From: Planctomycetota bacterium
GTDB lineage: Bacteria > Planctomycetota > UBA11346
DNA length: 64,000 nt
Direction: 5' to 3'
NCBI GenBank assembly: GCA_003136555.1
Contig: PLEW01000036.1
Location: 6,640-70,639 of the forward strand
In this document: positions 9,319 through 19,038 of the stretch, in pieces
Numbering within the stretch: the stretch's first letter is position 1
Layout: the number at the start of each line of letters is the position of its first letter
The notes under the pieces: model-generated
The model's database searches: none
Told to the model about the DNA's origin: nothing
Seen by the model: only the letters and a program-made list of their open reading frames with translations
Program-made: the position numbers and the translations under genes

Positions 9319-10665
9319 TCATGGCCAGGCGCCCGTCCCTGCCGGGAACCCATGGGCATCCCACCAACGAGCCAGCGCCGGCTTGGTCTCCCGCAGGATG
9401 CCTGCGATGGCGCTGCGGTCCGCAGCCGAGAGATGGGCATATGCGGCGCTCTGGTCCTGGCCGCCGAGGATCTCCGCTAAACGGCGGCTGATGTACTCCT
9501 CCAGTGGCTCAGGCAAGGCATCGAAAGCCTCGGAATAGATCAGGTAGCTGCAGGGGAAGCGCAGCAGCCGATGGACCAGGTCGAGCTGGAAGAGCGACCG
9601 CCCGTGCCGATCCCGCGGACCGCGCTCGGAGAAGCGCGCAGCGAAGGTCGAGGTCCCTGCCACTGCCTGCCCGAGCTCGGCTTCGCCGCTGAAGAGCAGG
9701 TAACGCAGCACCTCCTCACCGGCATTCGCGAGGGAGCGCTGGGTACTCTCCTGGAGTGCGTTGGTCGGGTGAGCGAGCGCAGCGCGGAATGCCGCGTCCT
9801 GGGCGAGCGCGACGCGCACCGCGAACCCGGCGGCGGTGATGCGATTGTGCATCTGGGTCTGGTGTCCGAGCATCAGCAGGGCCACCAGGTCACTGCCTGG
9901 CTCCGGATAGGCCGCCTCGTCGATCACCCCCTTCAGGTCCACGCGATTCGCCCCGGCTTCGCGGTCGACGTGCGCCGGCGCCGCAGCCTCATCGCAGGTC
10001 ATATTGCCGAGGTGGCGCAGGGCTCCATGTGTGCCGGTGACATACCAGCCGCCCCAGCGTAACGCGAGCGGGCTGCACTGATCGGTGAGATAGGTACCCG
10101 CCTTGAGGATGGCCTGCCCCTGGGCATCCGGGAAGACGGAGCGCATCATCAGCCCCGGCACCCCGCCGGTGAGCGTCTGGCCATCGTGGCAGATCAGGCA
10201 TTCGTCGTTCTTGCGCACCAGCCGTGGATGCGCGACCTGCTGCTGGTCCAGGACATAGAAGATCATCCCCTGCCGCGGATCGGTAGCGGCAATTTCCAGC
10301 GTGTCGCCGAGCGGGACGCGTCCGATATAGACCTCATCGTTGAAGTAGAGCGACCGCGGATGGTCGGGGCTGATGTGCTCCTTCTGCTGGCTGGTCTTCG
10401 AGAACACCAGGGTCTGGGAATCGCGGGGTACCGCCAAGGCCGCCAGCAGGGCGGGGAGATAGCCGAAGCGTTCGCTATAATCGAGGTGCTGGCGACCCTG
10501 CTCGAGCGCCCGATCGAGGAGCGCTACCGCATCCGCTGCCGGAGTCGTGGCATAGGCGATGGGGGGCAGGTTGTACTCGTCACCAGCGACGGGGATGCCT
10601 GGCAGCGCCAGGACCACGAGCAGCGCCACACCGTGCAGGCCATGCGCATGCCGCCGGTGGCGCAT
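9319..10665 (-). CDS. secreted protein with a single CxxCH haem-binding motif (c-type cytochrome-like), family unknown
   Basis: Signal peptide MRHRRHAHGLHGVALLVVLALPGIPVAG. CXXCH in NDECLICHDGQT. The start codon at 10663..10665 overlaps the rpiB stop. Confidence 0.65.
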   Translation of the reverse strand: MRHRRHAHGLHGVALLVVLALPGIPVAGDEYNLPPIAYATTPAADAVALLDRALEQGRQHLDYSERFGYLPALLAALAVPRDSQTLVFSKTSQQKEHISPDHPRSLYFNDEVYIGRVPLGDTLEIAATDPRQGMIFYVLDQQQVAHPRLVRKNDECLICHDGQTLTGGVPGLMMRSVFPDAQGQAILKAGTYLTDQCSPLALRWGGWYVTGTHGALRHLGNMTCDEAAAPAHVDREAGANRVDLKGVIDEAAYPEPGSDLVALLMLGHQTQMHNRITAAGFAVRVALAQDAAFRAALAHPTNALQESTQRSLANAGEEVLRYLLFSGEAELGQAVAGTSTFAARFSERGPRDRHGRSLFQLDLVHRLLRFPCSYLIYSEAFDALPEPLEEYISRRLAEILGGQDQSAAYAHLSAADRSAIAGILRETKPALARWWDAHGFPAGTGAWP

Positions 10666-11102
10666 CAGGCCGGCGGCGCGTCGATCTGGGCGATGCGACG
10701 GGCGTGGCGGCCGCCCTCGAACGGGGTATCGAGCCAGATGCTGACGATCTCGAGCGCCAGCGGCGTCGGCACCAGCCGGGCACCCATGGCGATGGCATTG
10801 GCATCGTTGTGTGCCCGGCCCAGCCGGGCGGTCTCGGTACTGAAACAGTAGGCGCAACGCACCCCCTTGACGCGGTTGGCGACAATGGCCTCGCCATTCC
10901 CAGAGCCGCCCAGGACAATGGCGCGATCGCAGACGCCCTGGGCCACTGCTTCCGCCGCCGGGCGGATGAAGAGCGGGTAATCGCACGACTCCTCCGAGTT
11001 GGTGCCGAAATCCCGCACCTCATGGCCGAGCTTCAGCAGCCACGCGGTGATCGGGGCCTTGAGCGGGAAGCCAGCATGGTCGGAGGCGATCGCGATGCGC
11101 AT
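10665..11102 (-). CDS. rpiB: ribose-5-phosphate isomerase B (RpiB/LacA/LacB family)
   Basis: 145-aa protein MRIAIASDHAGFPLK...ILGGSGNGEAIVANRVKGVRCAYC, a typical RpiB length and motif pattern. Confidence 0.9.
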   Translation of the reverse strand: MRIAIASDHAGFPLKAPITAWLLKLGHEVRDFGTNSEESCDYPLFIRPAAEAVAQGVCDRAIVLGGSGNGEAIVANRVKGVRCAYCFSTETARLGRAHNDANAIAMGARLVPTPLALEIVSIWLDTPFEGGRHARRIAQIDAPPA

Positions 11103-11314
11103 GGTACCACTTATGCCGGCATCCCGTCGCAGGGCAACACGAGGCCCGGGCTATGGCGCCAGGCCGTGGGGAATCGTGCGTGCGGCTCTGCATGAGCCCG
11201 CACTTGCCGGCACTCGGGTACGGCCATGCTGCTGCCACCCCGCATGCAGCGTCCTGGCCCCGGGCCCGACGCGTAGTCAGGCGGTCTCATCGCTCCTGCC
11301 GCCCGTGAGCCGTC

Positions 11315-12103
11315 ATGCCCCCGCCGCTTCCCCGCGATGCTCCACCTGGCCTGGCCCAGGGCGTCATCGCGCCGTCCCCACTGCCCACCAGCGGGTCTGC
11401 CGGCGGTCTCGCCGAGATCCTCACCGCCAGCCTGGCGGGCATGCGCCGCAACTTCCTTCCTGGGGCGGTCCTATGGTTCGTCGGAGTGCTCCTGATCGCC
11501 ACCTACTACGGCCTGCCGGCCGCGCGCCCGGTCTATGAGTACATGGCCCAGTGGAAGGCCAGCGGCGGCTTCGCCTTCTCGGCGGCCTCCTCGTCGCTGT
11601 GCGGTGGGGTGATCCCTTTCCTGGTCCTCTGGGCGCTCGGCCGCATCCCGCCCGGCCGCCACCTGGGCACCGCCGGCTTCCTGATCGGATTCTGGGCCGT
11701 CCGCGGCGTCGAGATCGATGGACTCTACCGCCTGCAGGGGCTGGTGTTCGGCACCGGGACCGATGTCTGGACGGTGGTCAAGAAGGTCGCCGTCGATCAG
11801 TTCGTCTACAGTCTACTGTGGTCTGCCCCCTTTTCCCTGCTGGCCTACCGCTGGAAGGATGCCGACTTCGACCTGGGCATCCTGCGCTGTGTACGCAATC
11901 GCCGTTTCTGGCTCGGCGAGATCCCGGTGGTGGTGATCTCGCTGTGGGGCGTGTGGGTGCCGGCAGTGGCGATCATCTATGCGCTGCCTGCCGATCTCCA
12001 GATCCCCCTCTTCAGCATCGTCTTGTGCTTCTGGGTGCTCCTGCTGGAGACCCTCGCAGCCGCACCGACATCCCCCGGTGCGATGCCTGGTCAAGCAGTC
12101 TAG
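11315..12103 (+). CDS. integral membrane protein, function unknown
   Basis: 262-aa ORF with several hydrophobic segments (FVGVLLIATYYGL, VIPFLVLWALG, VVVISLWGVWVPAVAIIYALP, LFSIVLCFWVLLL). Start uncertain; an alternative is the ATG at 11441. Confidence 0.55.
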   Translation: MPPPLPRDAPPGLAQGVIAPSPLPTSGSAGGLAEILTASLAGMRRNFLPGAVLWFVGVLLIATYYGLPAARPVYEYMAQWKASGGFAFSAASSSLCGGVIPFLVLWALGRIPPGRHLGTAGFLIGFWAVRGVEIDGLYRLQGLVFGTGTDVWTVVKKVAVDQFVYSLLWSAPFSLLAYRWKDADFDLGILRCVRNRRFWLGEIPVVVISLWGVWVPAVAIIYALPADLQIPLFSIVLCFWVLLLETLAAAPTSPGAMPGQAV

Positions 12104-12436
12104 GTCGCCATAGCCACATTCATTGGAGGACAGCATAGCGCGTGGGCTGTTGGTGGCGGCTCCATGCGTCAAGCATCGTAGCATGAGAGGGCCTGCGACG
12201 TGGAATCGGGCTGCACAGCGTGGCGACGATATCACAGAGACCTGGCAACGCTGCGATTCAGGCTGCGTACATGCCATGACCACCGGTGACGCTCAGGATA
12301 GCGTCGCGGCACGTACACACATGGGGGACACCATCCGTATCTCACATTGGGTCCGCTAGGAGCCGACCTGACGATTGGCCTTGCGACTACCGATCCCCCG
12401 CAGAACCTCTCACCCCCATCCTCTGGAACCCTTCCG

Positions 12437-12616
12437 ATGCCCACCATGGTCGATTATCAACGCATGCTCGCCAAGCTTCAGCGGCGGCATGTGGTCCTGA
12501 TCGCGGAAGCAGTCCGCCTGGCCAAGGGTCGTGACCGGCAGCACAAAGAGAAGGAGGCGGCAAAGTGCGCAGGGGATATCGCCAAGCTCGAAAAAACCAT
12601 CGCCCTGATCCATTGA
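12437..12616 (+). CDS. small hypothetical protein (59 aa, helical)
   Basis: ATG at 12437 inside ORF 12347..12616. Sequence MPTMVDYQRMLAKLQRRHVVLIAEAVRLAKGRDRQHKEKEAAKCAGDIAKLEKTIALIH. Sits in a locally lower-GC region. Confidence 0.3.
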   Translation: MPTMVDYQRMLAKLQRRHVVLIAEAVRLAKGRDRQHKEKEAAKCAGDIAKLEKTIALIH

Positions 12617-12831
12617 TGCGGCAGAGTCGGGGATTTCCCCGCCATGGCCTTGGTGGCCGTGGCCGCAGCAGCGCTAGCTGACAGTCATGTGCCACTTGCT
12701 TGCTCGTGTCTCCATTTGGCAAACCCGGTGGAACTGTGCAGCGCGTTGACATCGATCCGCCCAGACGGACAAGGACGCGCCATGACAACCGGATTCCGCC
12801 ATCAGACTGCCGGTGGGGCAGGACACCGCCC

Positions 12832-14298
12832 CTAGGCGATCAGCTCTTTGACCACCTTGCCGTACACATCGGTGAGGCGGTAATCGCGTCCGGCCTGGTG
12901 ATAGGTCAACCGCTCATGATCGAAGCCGAGCAGATGCAGGATGGTGGCCTGCAGATCGTGGACATGCACGGGGTTCTCGTCGATATGGAAGCCGAGCTCA
13001 TCCGTCTTGCCATAGCTGAAGCCGCGCTTCACCCCACCACCGGCCATCCACATGCTGAAGGCCGTCGGGTGATGGTCGCGGCCCAGGCTGCGGCCGAGGG
13101 CGGCATTGCTCTCGACCATCGGTGTACGGCCGAACTCGCCGCCCCAGATCACCAGGGTGTCGTCGAGCAGCCCGCGGCGCTTGAGATCAGTCACCAGCGC
13201 CGCCGTCGCCTGGTCGGTCTTCTGGCAGTTGTCCTTGTGGTTGCCGGTGACATCCGAATGCGCATCCCAACCTTCATGGTAGATGTTCACGAAGCGCACC
13301 CCGCGCTCGATCATCCGCCGGGCCAGCAAGCAGGCGCGGGAGAAGGTCGCCTTGTCGGGTGAGCAGCCATAGAGATCGAGGGTCTCCTTGCTCTCGCTGC
13401 TGAGATCCATCAGCTCCGGAGCCGAGGTCTGCAGGCGGAAGGCCAGCTCGTAGGAGGCGATGCGGGTGGCGATCTCAGGATCGCCATCGCTGGCGAGGCG
13501 CCGCTGGTTGAGCGCCCCCACCAGATCGAGGGAGTCGCGCTGGAGCTTGGCATCGATGCCGGCGGGGCTCGAGGTGTCGAGTATGGCATCGCCCTGATTG
13601 CGGAAGCGGCAACCGCTGTAGATCGTCGGCATGAAGCCGCTCGACCAGTTCGCCGAACCACCGCTGATGCCGGCCCCGGTGGACATTACCACATAGGCGG
13701 GCAGCGAGGTGGTCTCGGCGCCCAGACCGTAGACCACCCACGAGCCGAGGCTCGGGCGGCCCGGCTGCGAGAACCCGGTGTTCATGAAGATCTGCGCCGG
13801 GGCGTGATTGAACTGGTCGGTATGCATCGACTTGATCATGCAGATGTCGTCGGCAATGGTCGCGAGATGCGGGGTGATGGAGGACAGCTCGAGCCCGCTC
13901 TTCCCATATTTGGCGAAGGGGAAGCGCGGACCGAGTACCGCGGCATCCGGGCGGATGAAGGCATAGCGCTGACCGGCGATGACCGAGGGCGGCAGCGGCT
14001 TGCCTTCCAGCTTGGTCAGCTCTGGCTTGTAGTCGAAAAGATCGAGATGGCTGGGCGCGCCGGCCATGAACAGATGAATGACGCGCTTGGCCTTGGCGGG
14101 GAAGTGCGGCTGCTTGGGCGCCAAGGGTCCGGACGCGGCTGGTTCACCGGCCGGCGCGGAGCCGACCCCGAGCAGACTGCCCAGGGCGATGGTGCCCAGT
14201 CCCACCCCGCACTGGCCGAGGAAGCGCCGCCGGGCGGCGGCGCGGGCGTTGGTCAGGGCGGCATGCGGAATGTCGGTGGAGTAGCGCATGGTGGTCAA
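12832..14298 (-). CDS. DUF1501 domain protein (sulfatase-like fold), Tat-exported
   Basis: Twin-arginine signal AARRRFLGQCGVGLGTIALG. Characteristic DUF1501 blocks HLFMAGAPSHLDLFDYKP and WGGEFGRTP. The 4-nt overlap with the upstream PSD1 gene is typical of this conserved pair. Confidence 0.9.
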   Translation of the reverse strand: MTTMRYSTDIPHAALTNARAAARRRFLGQCGVGLGTIALGSLLGVGSAPAGEPAASGPLAPKQPHFPAKAKRVIHLFMAGAPSHLDLFDYKPELTKLEGKPLPPSVIAGQRYAFIRPDAAVLGPRFPFAKYGKSGLELSSITPHLATIADDICMIKSMHTDQFNHAPAQIFMNTGFSQPGRPSLGSWVVYGLGAETTSLPAYVVMSTGAGISGGSANWSSGFMPTIYSGCRFRNQGDAILDTSSPAGIDAKLQRDSLDLVGALNQRRLASDGDPEIATRIASYELAFRLQTSAPELMDLSSESKETLDLYGCSPDKATFSRACLLARRMIERGVRFVNIYHEGWDAHSDVTGNHKDNCQKTDQATAALVTDLKRRGLLDDTLVIWGGEFGRTPMVESNAALGRSLGRDHHPTAFSMWMAGGGVKRGFSYGKTDELGFHIDENPVHVHDLQATILHLLGFDHERLTYHQAGRDYRLTDVYGKVVKELIA

Positions 14299-17200
14299 CC
14301 CTTGGTGATGGCTTCATCGATGTTCAACAGGACACGTGCCAGCGCGGTCCAGGTGGCGCGCTCGACGGCATCGCCGGAAGCGCTGCCGGCCAGGATGGCG
14401 GGATCCAGTTCGTGCTTCTGGAAGCGGGCGCGCTCCTCGACGACGAAGTGCACCAGCTGGACCAGCTCCGCGGCTTGCGCCGGCCGCGTCACGCAGCGCC
14501 GGAAGAGCGCCTGCGCACGCTCCTCGTCGCTGCCGGGCGCAGCGGCGATGCTGCTGCCCAGGGCCTGCGCCGCTTCGAGGATCACCGTGTCGTTGAGCAG
14601 GGTGAGCGCCTGCAACGGCGAGTTGGAGATCTCGCGCAGGGCGATGCAGGCTTCCCCGCTCGGTCCATCGAAGGTCGAGAACATGGCATACGGCGCGGTC
14701 CGCTTGCTGAATGTATAGAGCCCGCGCCGATAGCGATCCTCGCCCTGGCTGACATGCCAGTCCAACTTGCCATAGGCCCCTTCGGTGGTGACGTTGGCGG
14801 GCTGGGGCGGATAGACGCTCGGCCCACCGAGCTTGGTCGATAGCAGGCCGGCGTCCTTCAGCATCGAGTCGCGGATGAGCTCGGCCTCGAGGCGGAAGCG
14901 CGGTCCGCGCGCCAGCAGAAGGTTGCCGGGATCCTTGGCCAGCGCCTCGGGACTCGCACGCGACGACTGCTGATAGGTGGCGCTCAGGACGATCTCACGA
15001 TGCAAGGTCTTCAACGACCAGCCCCGGTTGATGAACTCGACCGCCAGCCAGTCGAGCAGCGCTTGATTTGAAGGCGCATCGCCCTGGTAGCCGAAGTCAT
15101 CGACCGTGCGCACCAGGCCGCGGCCGAACAGCGCCGCCCACTGCCGGTTGACCGTCACGCGCGCGGTCAACGGGTTGGCCCGGTCGACCAGCCACTGGGC
15201 GAAGCCCAGGCGGTCGTGGCGCGCCGTTGCCGGCAGGGGATTGAGCACCGACAGGACGTCAGCCGTCACCGCATCGGTCGGCTGCAGGTATTCGCCGCGG
15301 TTGTGGATGTGGGTGATGCGACGGTGCTCGGCCGGGCGCTCGTTCATCACCAGGGTGGTGGGGAAGGCGCGCAATGACGCGCGCAGGGCATCGATCTCAG
15401 CATGCGCCGCAGCCAGCTCGGGGGCGACCAGGAGGTACTCCTGATAGAGGCGCTTGCGCTGCTCCTCGGTGCGCTGGCCGGCAGGAATGGTCAGCAGGTC
15501 GACGATCTCGGGCGGCAGCTCGCTCGCCCCGATGGGCACGGCATCGCTGGTGGCCGAGAAGCGGAAGCGCCCCAGCCCGGCGCTGAAGTAGCGCTCGAAC
15601 AGCATCGCCACGCTGAGGGTGCGCACCGTTCCCAGCGGCTGGTCGAGCGCGAAGACCGCAGTGTGGTAGCGGCCCTGGCCGCCATCGATCGACCAGATGG
15701 TGTCGGTCTTGCCGTCGATGGCATTGGCCGCATGGTTGCCGCCATTGGCGTAGCTCTCCAGGGCCTTGCTGAAATGCAGGGGCGTTCCGTCGGCCTGCGC
15801 GGTGAGCTCGCTGAGTCCGAAGTCCCCGGGCGCGCCTTCGTAGTACACCCGGCCGGGGCCGCGGTTGGGCAGATGCTCATCGGGGATCACTTCCAGGCGC
15901 AGCGCGGTGATGTGCTCGAGCAGGGAGGTGAAGGTCAGGGTATAGGTATCGCTCTTGGTCTGGTCGCCGCTTGCCAGCACCGAGTGGTCGTCGAGCACCG
16001 TCAGTACCGGCGCCACCGAGATCGCGGTCGCAGGCTGGAGCACCGTCCAATGGACGCTCTTGGCGGCCTCGCGCTCGAGCCAGGACTGGAAGCCCTGCTC
16101 GCGCTGCTGGCTGCGCAGCGCCTCGTCGCTCCCGGCGTGGCTACGCCGCCCGAGGCTGAGGCGGAAGTGCCCAAGGGTGTGCTGGTCGCCGAACTGCTGC
16201 TCGAGGCTGATGACGAAGTGGGCGCCGCCGGGGTGGTGCAGCGGCTGAGCGAAGGTGAAGGTCGCGGTGCGCAGCGCGTCCATGCTCTGGCCCTGCACCG
16301 CCCAGCCGGTCTTGGGATCGCCATCGATGGCGCCCTTGACGTCCCAGCCGTCCTGGGAGTAGTCGGCCTCGGCGTGCGCCAGGCGTACCGCCTGCGGCTT
16401 CTCGTGGCTGCCGGCCGGGACCACGGCGACGTGGAGTTCATTGATGACGAAGTTGCCGCCCGTCGAGCGACCGGGGCCGCCTTTGGGATTGGCCTGGTCG
16501 GGGAAAGCCTCGAGGCGCAGGGAGTCGCTGTCGTCCAGCGGCACATCGAATTCGACCACATAGGTGTCCTTGGCCGCGCTGTGCCCTGCCAGCTTCCACG
16601 ACGCATCGCTGAGGTGCTCGGCGGTTTCGCCGCTGGTGGTGATCAGCGTGCCGCTCTGCGGGCTGGTCCATTCGATCGGCTTGCTGACGGTGTAGCGGTT
16701 GGGCAGTTCGGCGACGATCGCCTTGATCTTGGCCTCGACCTCCTTCTCGCGCTGGCCATAGTCGGCCGGCTTGACCAGGTAGGTTGGCTCATCGGCATTG
16801 TCATAGAAGGCCATCAGCTGGTAGAATTCGCGTTGGGTGATGGGGTCATACTTGTGCGTATGGCATTGGGTGCATTGCAGGGTCAGCCCGAGCCAGGTCT
16901 TCCCGGTGGTGGCGACGCGATCGACCAGGGAGTAGAAGCGGTATTCGAGCGGATCGATGCCCCCTTCTTCGTTCAGCATGGTATTGCGGTGGAAGCCGGT
17001 GGCGATGATGGTCTGCGGCGTGGCATCCGGGACCAGGTCGCCGGCGATCTGGTCGATGGTGAAGCGGTCGAAGGGCAGATCGGCATTCAACGCTCCGATC
17101 ACCCAGTCGCGGTAGGGCCACATCGACCGCGGCCGGTCCTTTTCATAGCCGTTGGTGTCCGAGTAGCGTGCGAGGTCAAGCCAGCGACGGGCCCAGCGCT

Positions 17201-17900
17201 CGCCGTACTGCGGCATTGCCAGCAGACGATCGACCAGCTTCTCATAGGCATCCGGAGCGGTGTCGGCGACGAAGTCGTCCGCCTCGGCGGGCGTGGGCGG
17301 CAGGCCGATGAGGTCCAGGCTGACGCGGCGGATCAGCGTGTAGCGATCGGCCGGCGGCGACGGCTCCAGGCCCTCGGCCTCGAAGTGCGCCGCGACGAAA
17401 TGGTCGATCGGGGTGCGCGCCCAGGCGGCGTGCGCCACCACCGGCAGCGGCGCTTGCACCGGCGGCACGAAGGCCCAGTGCGGACGGTATTCGGCACCTG
17501 CTGCGATCCAGCGCTTGAGGATGTCCTTCTGGGGCGGGCTCAGGGTCTTTTGGCTCGCCGGCGGCGGCATCACCTCATCCTCATCGGTGCTGGTGATGCG
17601 CTTGATCAGTTCACTGTGCGCAACATTCCCGGGCACGATGGCGATGTCCCCGGATTTCGCCGGCTTGGTCGCCAGGTCTCGGACATCCAGTCGCAGCTTG
17701 CCCTTACGCGCCTTGTCATCAGGTCCATGGCACTTGAAGCAGGTGGAGGAGAGGATCGGCCGGACATCAGCATTGTAGTCGGGAGCGTCCGTATGCCCCT
17801 CGGCAGCGCGCACGGCCGCCGGCACGGCGACGAGCAGCACCAGCACGCCGACGATGGCGCCGGTGCGGACGCTGTGCTGTCTCCACTCGCTCCACCTCAT
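14295..17900 (-). CDS. giant PSCyt1/PSCyt2/PSD1 (DUF1549/DUF1553) family protein with internal discoidin-like repeats
   Basis: Haem-type motifs CFKCHGPDDKARKG (PSCyt1) and CTQCHTHKYDP (PSCyt2). C-terminal DUF1553-like region. Central region with F5/8-type-C-like segments. Start placed at MRWSEWRQ (17898..17900, RBS GAGGG) instead of the ORF start at 17987. Confidence 0.9.
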   Translation of the reverse strand: MRWSEWRQHSVRTGAIVGVLVLLVAVPAAVRAAEGHTDAPDYNADVRPILSSTCFKCHGPDDKARKGKLRLDVRDLATKPAKSGDIAIVPGNVAHSELIKRITSTDEDEVMPPPASQKTLSPPQKDILKRWIAAGAEYRPHWAFVPPVQAPLPVVAHAAWARTPIDHFVAAHFEAEGLEPSPPADRYTLIRRVSLDLIGLPPTPAEADDFVADTAPDAYEKLVDRLLAMPQYGERWARRWLDLARYSDTNGYEKDRPRSMWPYRDWVIGALNADLPFDRFTIDQIAGDLVPDATPQTIIATGFHRNTMLNEEGGIDPLEYRFYSLVDRVATTGKTWLGLTLQCTQCHTHKYDPITQREFYQLMAFYDNADEPTYLVKPADYGQREKEVEAKIKAIVAELPNRYTVSKPIEWTSPQSGTLITTSGETAEHLSDASWKLAGHSAAKDTYVVEFDVPLDDSDSLRLEAFPDQANPKGGPGRSTGGNFVINELHVAVVPAGSHEKPQAVRLAHAEADYSQDGWDVKGAIDGDPKTGWAVQGQSMDALRTATFTFAQPLHHPGGAHFVISLEQQFGDQHTLGHFRLSLGRRSHAGSDEALRSQQREQGFQSWLEREAAKSVHWTVLQPATAISVAPVLTVLDDHSVLASGDQTKSDTYTLTFTSLLEHITALRLEVIPDEHLPNRGPGRVYYEGAPGDFGLSELTAQADGTPLHFSKALESYANGGNHAANAIDGKTDTIWSIDGGQGRYHTAVFALDQPLGTVRTLSVAMLFERYFSAGLGRFRFSATSDAVPIGASELPPEIVDLLTIPAGQRTEEQRKRLYQEYLLVAPELAAAHAEIDALRASLRAFPTTLVMNERPAEHRRITHIHNRGEYLQPTDAVTADVLSVLNPLPATARHDRLGFAQWLVDRANPLTARVTVNRQWAALFGRGLVRTVDDFGYQGDAPSNQALLDWLAVEFINRGWSLKTLHREIVLSATYQQSSRASPEALAKDPGNLLLARGPRFRLEAELIRDSMLKDAGLLSTKLGGPSVYPPQPANVTTEGAYGKLDWHVSQGEDRYRRGLYTFSKRTAPYAMFSTFDGPSGEACIALREISNSPLQALTLLNDTVILEAAQALGSSIAAAPGSDEERAQALFRRCVTRPAQAAELVQLVHFVVEERARFQKHELDPAILAGSASGDAVERATWTALARVLLNIDEAITKG

Positions 17901-18020
17901 AGGACCCTCGCTGCTGGCATGCGTTAGGTGATACTCGGCTCGACCGCAAAACGATGCCGGGAATATCCCTGGCCAGTGCACCGCCACCGGGAGCGGACAT
18001 CCGTCGCCAGCACTCTCGGC

Positions 18021-18038
18021 GCCAGCGGGTCCGCTGGC
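18021..18038. promoter_or_regulatory. perfect 8-2-8 inverted repeat GCCAGCGG-GT-CCGCTGGC upstream of the PSD1 gene start
   Basis: Seen directly in the sequence, about 120 bp upstream of the chosen start and 34 bp upstream of ORF start 17987. Lies in a lower-GC intergenic region. Candidate operator. Confidence 0.3.
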
Positions 18039-18290
18039 AATGGAGCAAAACGTCAGCGAATGTGTGTTTTGGCCAGCGTGAGTGGCGAGGCTGGCACTCG
18101 AAGGATGCCGATCGATCTGCCTAAGTGTCTCTGTTCTTACCTATTATGTCTTCGTTCGCGGTTGATTCATCGACTGCAATCTTTGCCGGAGCCCACGATG
18201 ATGTGCTGGCTGTCTGAATGCTACTTTCAGGGTAAATCGATCCTAGTCCAGGGCATGCAGGCACAGCCGCACCCTCCACGATCGGATCAC

Positions 18291-18878
18291 CTAGCGACGC
18301 AGCTGCGCCGTCAACTGGGCGACCTCGGCAGACAGCGCATCCAACTTGTCGTGCAGGGCTTGGTCCCGAGTCTCCTCGGTCGACGGCGTCTTGGCGACGA
18401 AGGTCAGTGCGCCTCCGGGTTCGATTTCGGCTGCGTCGATGTCGCTGAGCGAATGGAATCCCTGCTTGTGGGCCGCCACCGTCAGTTCGTGCTCGGAGAT
18501 CAGTTCGCGATCGAGGTGGCGCTTGATCAGCCGGCCATCCTTGATCAGCACCGTGGCCTTGCCCTCGATCAGCTCATCCATGCGCCGGTGCCTGAAGAAG
18601 AAGCGCACCACCAGGTAGTTGAGCGTCAGCAGCGTGGCGGCGCCGATCATGCCGCCGCTCACCGAGGTGTCCTCACCGATGATGGCGTTCTGCACGGTAT
18701 TGGAGATCGACATGATCACCACCAGGTCGAAGGCGTTGAGCGATGCCATGGTGCGCTTGCCCGCCAGGCGGATGCCGATGATCAGGAAGGCATAAATCGC
18801 CACCGGCCGCAGGATCTTCTCCAGGATCGGGGCTCCGGGCACGAACAGGTGCTCGATCATGGTGCTAAAGTCGAACAT
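18291..18878 (-). CDS. DUF421 (YetF-like) membrane protein
   Basis: N-terminal TM segments followed by a conserved soluble domain (LIEGKATVLIKDGRLIKRHLDRELISEHELTVAAHKQG), typical of DUF421. Confidence 0.75.
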   Translation of the reverse strand: MFDFSTMIEHLFVPGAPILEKILRPVAIYAFLIIGIRLAGKRTMASLNAFDLVVIMSISNTVQNAIIGEDTSVSGGMIGAATLLTLNYLVVRFFFRHRRMDELIEGKATVLIKDGRLIKRHLDRELISEHELTVAAHKQGFHSLSDIDAAEIEPGGALTFVAKTPSTEETRDQALHDKLDALSAEVAQLTAQLRR

Positions 18879-19038
18879 GGCAGGGCTCCGAGAGAGACTG
18901 CATCCTGGCCGGACTCATCGCTCCGGGACCGCTACGGACGGCAGCCGGGATGCTGGACAGCTGCCACCCTGGTTGTCAATGGCGCCTCGGCATGGTCAAT
19001 CGCGCATCCAGCGCCGCGTTCGAGCCCGCAGGCGGCCG

